Shown: positions 6,451-11,789 of the stretch, piece by piece
Numbering within the stretch: the stretch's first letter is position 1
Layout of the letters: the number at the start of each line of letters is the position of its first letter
Assembly (NCBI GenBank): GCA_964452145.1
Contig: CAYVLA010000104.1
Location: forward strand, 1-11,789
Length of the DNA: 11,789 nucleotides
Direction of reading: 5' to 3'
Origin: Candidatus Hadarchaeota archaeon
GTDB taxonomy: Archaea; CAYQAE01; CAYVLA01
Notes under the pieces: generated by a model
What the model saw: the letters and a program-made list of their open reading frames with translations, nothing else
Told to the model about the DNA's origin: nothing
Database searches by the model: none
Made by a program: the position numbers and the translations under genes

Positions 6451-7322
6451 CTGACATGGTCCCTCTTCGGTTTTGCGGGTGAGACGCTCGCGACGGGTTC
6501 CGCCAGAACGGATCTTGCATGCTCGTCCCAGGCGGTGGCGAAGCCGGCCTGCCTCAGTCTCTTGGCAACGCTTCTCCCGAGGTTAAGCCTCCTGTGCTTG
6601 GAACCGGGCTGTCCCGTATAATGGAGGAGGATGCCGCTCTCCTTGATGACTCGGCGAAGCTGTCTGTAGAAGGCGAGGGAGTACAGCTCACCGGCCAGCG
6701 GAAAGCTCGGGGGATCGTGCAGCACGCCATCGAAGCTGCGCGAGGGGAGAAAGCCCACGCACCTAGACGCGTCGCAGATGATCGGTGCGATGGTGCCCAT
6801 GCGTACGAACTCGAAGAAGTCCTGGCTGCAGGGATTCCTGCGCGCAAGCTCGAGCACGGCCCGGTGCCTTTCCATTGTGAGGACGAACGCTCCCCGCCTT
6901 GCTGCCGCCTGCGAGCTGTAGCCCAGCCCGGTGCAGATGTCGAGGATTCTTTCGCCTTTTCTTATCCGGAGGCGATCGACCTTCATCTCTGCCTCTTCCT
7001 CGGGGTTCATGTCCTTCGTTCTGTGCATCCTTATCCCGTCGATCTCGAGGGCCGGATGTCCGCATGTGGGACAAAGCTTGTAGAGATGGCGATGGAAGAT
7101 CTGCAGCTTCTCAAGCCGTCCGCTCCCCACGCCGTACAGCGCGCTGTCATGCCTGGCCCCCAGAAGCTCAGATCTTGGCACTCGGTAGGGCCCGATGACC
7201 ATCCTCTCACCTTCAGATCTGACCCTGACCCTGCCCAATGAAAGGTCCAGCTCGGCCTCCCCCGGCCCCATCTCCAGTATCCTGCCGACGTCCTGTACAT
7301 TGAGGGCGATAGGCCTAGTCAT
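6447..7322 (-). CDS. Uncharacterised archaeal class I SAM-dependent methyltransferase (COG2521-like), 291 aa
   Basis: Motifs YKL..T...PALEIDGIRMHR, ILDICTGLGYS, LTMER, LARRNP.S, LHDPP.F..AGELYS..FY. The ATG at 7322 overlaps the thiDN stop (ATGA); the ORF-track start at 7547 is spurious. Confidence 0.88.
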   Translation of the reverse strand: MTRPIALNVQDVGRILEMGPGEAELDLSLGRVRVRSEGERMVIGPYRVPRSELLGARHDSALYGVGSGRLEKLQIFHRHLYKLCPTCGHPALEIDGIRMHRTKDMNPEEEAEMKVDRLRIRKGERILDICTGLGYSSQAAARRGAFVLTMERHRAVLELARRNPCSQDFFEFVRMGTIAPIICDASRCVGFLPSRSFDGVLHDPPSFPLAGELYSLAFYRQLRRVIKESGILLHYTGQPGSKHRRLNLGRSVAKRLRQAGFATAWDEHARSVLAEPVASVSPAKPKRDHVR

Positions 7323-8647
7323 GCCAGCGCATCCGCTATCCTGAGGGCCTTTGCCACGACATCCAATGGGCCTGATCCCAGGATCCTGATCATCGGCTCC
7401 TTCCCCACCGAGCCGAGGTCGTAGACGATGTCCGGGACGGAGGGCAACGACTCCAAGGCCCTTTTGATCCCCCAGCTCATCGTCTTCTCGGTTCTCGGTT
7501 CCGCCTCGCGATCGAAGGACCCCATGGAGAATCCCAGCTCCCTGCACGTGTCGATGACCGTCGGGCTGTACCTGATGTTCATCGTGCAGCCAAGGGTCGG
7601 GGCGAACTGCCGCAGGGACATGGCCATCCGGGCCATGTGCGATGACCCTCCCCTGGCCGGCCAGCCAGAGGCCCTCACCCTGCCAGCGACCCTGACCATG
7701 CGCCCGGTCAGCCCGACGACATCCCCAATGTCCGTGCAGCCCACGGGGGCGACTGCGATGTTCACCCCAACCTGGGGCACCAAGGCTGCGAAGCGGGGCG
7801 AGCCCTCCAGCATCCCTACGGCCGCTGCCAGCTCTTCACACAGCAGGAGGCACTCGGCCTCCAGTCTGATCTGGCCCAGGGGATCGGGGAAACACCTGCC
7901 TTTTCCAGGACCCACCGCATGGGCCATGGCCGTCTCGGTGTATCTCTTTGCCCTAACAAACGAGTCCTCGATGCTCATGCCCCTGGCCAGGTTGCAGGCA
8001 ATGGAGGTCGAAAACGAGCATCCCGCTCCATGGATCGGCTGCCGAGTGATGCGTGAGCCGGGTTCAGCCCTGGATATTGATTGTGTGACGAGCAGGTCGG
8101 TGTAGCGTTGCTCCTCCAGATGTCCGCCCTTGATTGTGACGGCCTGCGGCCCCATCGCCAGAATCCTGTCAGCGGCCTCCTTCGCCTGCCGAGGATTTCT
8201 TATATCCATTCCTGACAGCATCTCTGCCTCCGGGACGTTTGGGGTGGCCACGGTTGCGATCCTGAGCAGGGGCCCCAACACCTCCAAGGGATCGCCTTCG
8301 AGGAGCGCTTGGCCGGTCCCCGCCCGAATGACCGGGTCCAGCACGATCGGCTCCCTCGCCCCCTTCAGGGCTTGGGTCAAAGCTTGCGCGATGGCTGAGT
8401 TGCCCACCAGACCTATCTTGGTGGATGAGACCTCGACATCGCCCCTTACGGCTTCGACCTGGTCCCGCACGACCGGTGCCTCCAGGCAGTGGGAGACCCT
8501 TGTGAGGCCCTGGGAGTTCTGAAAGGTCACGACCGTGATACACGATGCACCGTGCAGGCCGTGTGCGGCTATGGTCTTCAGGTCATTCTGGAGGCCGGCT
8601 CCTCCTGAGGGATCGGATCCAGCAATGGTCAGTACGGTCTTGGTCAA
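7319..8647 (-). CDS. thiDN: Bifunctional HMP/HMP-P kinase - thiamine-phosphate synthase ThiDN
   Basis: ThiD motifs [43 protein letters not shown], followed by a ThiN domain ([48 protein letters not shown]). Confidence 0.95.
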   Translation of the reverse strand: MTKTVLTIAGSDPSGGAGLQNDLKTIAAHGLHGASCITVVTFQNSQGLTRVSHCLEAPVVRDQVEAVRGDVEVSSTKIGLVGNSAIAQALTQALKGAREPIVLDPVIRAGTGQALLEGDPLEVLGPLLRIATVATPNVPEAEMLSGMDIRNPRQAKEAADRILAMGPQAVTIKGGHLEEQRYTDLLVTQSISRAEPGSRITRQPIHGAGCSFSTSIACNLARGMSIEDSFVRAKRYTETAMAHAVGPGKGRCFPDPLGQIRLEAECLLLCEELAAAVGMLEGSPRFAALVPQVGVNIAVAPVGCTDIGDVVGLTGRMVRVAGRVRASGWPARGGSSHMARMAMSLRQFAPTLGCTMNIRYSPTVIDTCRELGFSMGSFDREAEPRTEKTMSWGIKRALESLPSVPDIVYDLGSVGKEPMIRILGSGPLDVVAKALRIADALA

Positions 8648-9909
8648 CTCGTCACCTTCTCACCAATCAGGTAGCTCCACGTAACTCTCTCCACATTCAC
8701 CTGCACCCTGGAACCCAGCTGCTCGCTTCCCGCCAGGACGATCGGCTTGTAGGCATGGTTGCGGGCAATGAATCCCTTCCTCTTCCCCACCTCGGATACC
8801 AAGCATCGTCCCTTCCATCCCAGCCATCTGTTGTTCGATTCAAGGGAGATGCGCCTCACCAGCCCGGATGCGATCCTGCTACGCCTCTTCACCTCTTTGC
8901 CCTCGAGGCCCTTCATGCGGGAGGACGGAGTACCCGGCCGATGCTCATACCGGGAGACGTTGACGATGTCAGGCCTGGCCCGTTGAAGGAAGGAGATGGT
9001 ATCCTCGAAGTCCTGTGATGTCTCCTCCGGGTAACCGACTATCAGATCTGTGGAGACCGTCAGGTCCGGGAAGCTCGCCCGGAGGCGTTTCACGACTCGC
9101 ATCCAGTCTCGCACGCAATAACCTCTCCTCATGGACTCCAGAACACGGTCGCTTCCCGACTGTATGGGCAGATGAATAAACCTGTACACCCTCGGATCAT
9201 CAAGAGTCTCCACCAGCTCCCCAAGGAGGGGGAGCGTGGTGGACGGATTCATCATTCCCAGCCTGATTCTCATGTCGCCGGCGACTCCGAGAACCGATCG
9301 TATGAGACCCGGAGCTCTCAGGCCATCGGCATCGCAGCCATAGGCGGAGAGATCCTGGGATGTAAGCCAGAGCTCGTGGCAGCCCTGCTTCCTGCATCTG
9401 TCCACCTCCTTCAGAATATCGTCAGCAGGATACGATCTCAGCTTTCCCTTGATCAGCCTCACCACGCAGTAGCTGCATTCACCTAGGCATCCGGTGGACA
9501 CGGGCACGATGCCGATCCCGGGTCTTGCGAATCTCCTTTCATGGTAAGGGATGAACCGGGGCTCCGCGGCGCCTGTACGAGCACCGATGGCCTCGGGAAT
9601 GGCGGAGTACTCGTAGGTCCCGAACCTCAACGCGCGTGGCGCAATCCTTTCCAGCAGCTCGGGCTGAGCGCTGGACATGCAGCCAGCTATGACTAATCTT
9701 CTATCCCGGTACAGTGTCTGCAGATCACGTATCCTCCTCGAGATCCTGCGCTCCGTCTTCCCCTTCACGGTGCAGGTATTCAGGATGATCACATCGGCGC
9801 CGTCCGGGACCTCCACCGGTTCCAGCCCGCACTTCTCGAGCCTCCCCTCTAGGTACTCGCCCAGGGACTGATTCATGGAGCAGCCGTAGCTTTCCAAATA
9901 GAATCTCAT
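8644..9909 (-). CDS. mtaB: Archaeal (e-MtaB/CDKAL1-type) tRNA t6A37 methylthiotransferase
   Basis: UPF0004 cysteines (YGCSMN, NTCTVK, AGCM), radical-[40 protein letters not shown], and a C-terminal TRAM domain. ATG 9909 is preferred over 9957. Confidence 0.92.
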   Translation of the reverse strand: MRFYLESYGCSMNQSLGEYLEGRLEKCGLEPVEVPDGADVIILNTCTVKGKTERRISRRIRDLQTLYRDRRLVIAGCMSSAQPELLERIAPRALRFGTYEYSAIPEAIGARTGAAEPRFIPYHERRFARPGIGIVPVSTGCLGECSYCVVRLIKGKLRSYPADDILKEVDRCRKQGCHELWLTSQDLSAYGCDADGLRAPGLIRSVLGVAGDMRIRLGMMNPSTTLPLLGELVETLDDPRVYRFIHLPIQSGSDRVLESMRRGYCVRDWMRVVKRLRASFPDLTVSTDLIVGYPEETSQDFEDTISFLQRARPDIVNVSRYEHRPGTPSSRMKGLEGKEVKRRSRIASGLVRRISLESNNRWLGWKGRCLVSEVGKRKGFIARNHAYKPIVLAGSEQLGSRVQVNVERVTWSYLIGEKVTS

Positions 9910-9934
9910 GGTGATATCTGCCGGATTCGGGTGG

Positions 9935-9962
9935 GGAACCTTTTTCAGCAAATTCATAAAAA
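9935..9962. promoter_or_regulatory. Divergent promoter region between mtaB and the 9972 gene
   Basis: The + strand has GGAACC-TTTTTCA about 30 nt before ATG 9972. The - strand has TTTTTATGAA (9962-9953) upstream of ATG 9909. Confidence 0.5.
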
Positions 9963-9971
9963 TGGTGCACC

Positions 9972-10715
9972 ATGGAAGAGGAGATACGCAAGATCGAGAA
10001 GTACATCAAGGTACCCCATGTTTACGGCGTTGACATCTCACTCTCCAGGTATGGCGTGGCGCTGCCCGATCCGAGCTACGAGATACTTGCCGCCGAGCAG
10101 GACGACGGCGCCAAGCAGATGCTTGAACGCAGGGTCCTCAAGCAGGTGTTGGTCACCGGCGACGGGAGGATCTTTGACGATGCGGCAGTCGCAACGATAG
10201 GGGAACAGGTCATCAAGGTGATGGGATTGACCGATCTGGTGATCGCGATCCTGAGCGAACCCCGGCCTCTGCCGGGCAGGGTATCCTGCCTGCCGGTTGC
10301 TCTCTCGCTCCACCCGGAGGCCCTCGATGTTCATCATGCCATCTCGACGACCAGGGACAAGACCCTGATACAGAAGCTCGGACTCCTCTTCGAGATCGCG
10401 GATTATCTTAACCCCGACATGGCTGTGAAGAGCAGGCTCAGGTTGCTGAGGAGGTTCTACCCCTTCGACACGATCGCATGGATCCTGAACCCGCCGCCGG
10501 CGACCGAAAGCCAGGAGGATGATGGAAAGATCTACAGGAGCAGGAACAGGATCATCACGCTGCAGAGCTTTTGGCGGGTCGAGCAGACACCGCTGATGGA
10601 GGAGTTCGAGGCCCAGTTCAGGCTCTTCGTTCCCGAGGAGATGATGAAATGGAGATACGAGCCGAGGATTACGAAAAAATTCTCAGAAAGGGGTATACGA
10701 GTGAGGAGATCATAG
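9972..10715 (+). CDS. Hypothetical protein resembling the C-terminal domain of AbiEi-type (type IV TA) antitoxins
   Basis: Ordered similarity to the AbiEi C-terminal consensus: VYGVDISLSRYGV, IKVMGLTDLVIAIL, LD.......D....QKLGLLFE, ILNP, FWRV. No N-terminal wHTH is evident. The gene is credible; the family call is tentative. Confidence 0.55.
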   Translation: MEEEIRKIEKYIKVPHVYGVDISLSRYGVALPDPSYEILAAEQDDGAKQMLERRVLKQVLVTGDGRIFDDAAVATIGEQVIKVMGLTDLVIAILSEPRPLPGRVSCLPVALSLHPEALDVHHAISTTRDKTLIQKLGLLFEIADYLNPDMAVKSRLRLLRRFYPFDTIAWILNPPPATESQEDDGKIYRSRNRIITLQSFWRVEQTPLMEEFEAQFRLFVPEEMMKWRYEPRITKKFSERGIRVRRS

Positions 10716-11299
10716 GCGGCCTCAGGGAGATCAGCGATCGGCTGCCACACCCCATGGAAGTTCTCGTCATCGGAGATGCCCCTCTCGTGATGAGGGGATG
10801 GAAGAACGTCTGCAGCGAGATCGAGCTGGTCTTTCTCCGGGAGGAAGATCTTCGGTCATTCATAGAAGCCCTTGGCAAGTGCGACTATGAGGAAACCCTG
10901 TACATGCGCTACAAGAAGTACCTGTCCCTCGACCTGTACCTTAGGTCCTTCTCGGAGTACCTGATCAGCGACCAGATGATCAGACGGGCGTTCGATTCGG
11001 ATCTGGGGAACCTCAGGTTGAGGATCGCAAGCCCCGAAGATGTGATACTGCTCAAGTCCAGTTCCAGCCGGGACAGCGACTACCTGGACATAAGGTTGCT
11101 GCTGAACAAGATTCAGCCGGATTGGGGGGTTATCGTGTCGGAGCTGGACGTTCAGGTCAACGAACTGGGTGCCAGCGACTACGCGGGGATCATGCTCCTG
11201 GCAACGGTTAACGATCTGAGGAAGAGGAAGTATCAGATTCCCGTCAGCATCCCAAGGGAGATAGTCAGGACGATCCAGAAGGAGATAGCTTCATCCTGA
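10649..11299 (+). CDS. Nucleotidyltransferase-fold protein (DUF6036/AbiEii-like) with an altered catalytic motif
   Basis: VLVIGDAPLVMRGWKNVCSEIELVF aligns to the family pattern hIGG.A....G.K..T.DIDhh. It also has LDLY and LRIASPEDVILLK....RDSDYLDI. ATG 10649 is preceded by GAGGAG. Confidence 0.75.
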   Translation: MEIRAEDYEKILRKGYTSEEIIGGLREISDRLPHPMEVLVIGDAPLVMRGWKNVCSEIELVFLREEDLRSFIEALGKCDYEETLYMRYKKYLSLDLYLRSFSEYLISDQMIRRAFDSDLGNLRLRIASPEDVILLKSSSSRDSDYLDIRLLLNKIQPDWGVIVSELDVQVNELGASDYAGIMLLATVNDLRKRKYQIPVSIPREIVRTIQKEIASS

Positions 11300-11303
11300 C
11301 GAC

Positions 11304-11789
11304 CTAGAGTGCCTCCAGAGCACTGCGGATGGCTTCCGAGATCTTCTCGCGTACTAGGACCTCGTCGCACCCCGGTCGAAGGCAGATCGACACGAATACG
11401 TCCTGAATCTTCATCAGCATCACCTTCCTGCCGTGGCTCGGGATGCTAAGATCGGTCGCCGTGCAGAGATCTTGGCGTTCCTCGTTCAGGAGGATGCTTT
11501 CGCTGAGGGCCTCTGCGCCTGCCTCGTCGGGGAAGTGGGAAAAGAGCACCCTGTCCTTGTAGACGACTACCAGCCCCTCGGCTCCCGAGTCGTTCAGGTC
11601 CTGCAGCAGGTCAACCATCCAGGCAGGGCTGAATCGCTTGATGCACCTCCCTGCCTTGGAGGTCATCTCCATCTTGATCGGCGTGTCGAGGGCTCTCTGC
11701 AGGATGGCGGCTATCACCATGTCCGGCAGGCAACCGTACACCCTCCCGGGACGTGTCCTGAGCCTGCAATCGTCGTAGCCTGTGCAGCC
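11304..11789 (-). CDS. 5'-truncated hypothetical protein: Cys-rich V4R-like segment plus a C-terminal roadblock/longin-like alpha/beta domain
   Basis: The frame is open to the window edge: GCTGYDDCRLRTRPGRVYGCLPDMVIAAILQRAL...GRCIKRF, then helix-strand-strand-helix-strand-strand-strand-helix (VDLLQDL..SGAEGLVVVYKDRVLFS...KVMLMKIQDVFVSICL....VREKISEAIRSAL). Confidence 0.6.
   Translation of the reverse strand, partial: GCTGYDDCRLRTRPGRVYGCLPDMVIAAILQRALDTPIKMEMTSKAGRCIKRFSPAWMVDLLQDLNDSGAEGLVVVYKDRVLFSHFPDEAGAEALSESILLNEERQDLCTATDLSIPSHGRKVMLMKIQDVFVSICLRPGCDEVLVREKISEAIRSALEAL

Noticed and set aside
7323..7547. N-terminal extension of the methyltransferase ORF
   Set aside because: It lies inside thiDN in another frame; the ATGA overlap at 7319-7322 marks the real start.
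6519..8522. Long + strand ORFs (6519..7241, 7428..8105, 8130..8522)
   Set aside because: These are antisense shadows of well-supported minus-strand genes, expected in GC-rich DNA.
8600..8720. TPP riboswitch upstream of thiDN
   Set aside because: thiDN overlaps the mtaB stop, so there is no leader, and no TPP consensus is visible.
9910..9957. MtaB start at ATG 9957
   Set aside because: That ATG sits within the putative TATA element, and family homology begins at [10 protein letters not shown] (9909).

Overview
A GC-rich archaeal window of mostly housekeeping genes; the archaeal origin is indicated by BRE/TATA promoters, GGAGG/GAGGT ribosome-binding sites and archaeal-type enzymes. From left to right it holds: the 3' end of a probable AglB/STT3 oligosaccharyltransferase; a densely base-paired ~260-nt intergenic segment; two small membrane-protein genes (-); a ~165-nt structured element with a box C/D-like core complementary to 16S rRNA; a tRNA-Trp(CCA) gene (-) split by three introns (21/22, 37/38, 59/60); a GlmU-like sugar-1-phosphate nucleotidyltransferase (-); a divergent rtcA-purE-rlmE operon (+); a coupled five-gene operon (-) of archaeal MtaB, ThiDN, an uncharacterised SAM methyltransferase, a ubiquitin-like sulfur carrier and TtuA/NcsA; a divergent AbiEi-like plus degenerate nucleotidyltransferase pair (+); and a truncated Cys-rich/roadblock-like gene (-). 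The most notable signals are non-coding: the triple-intron tRNA and the two candidate structured RNAs. All family calls come from recognising motifs by eye; no searches or folding programs were run.
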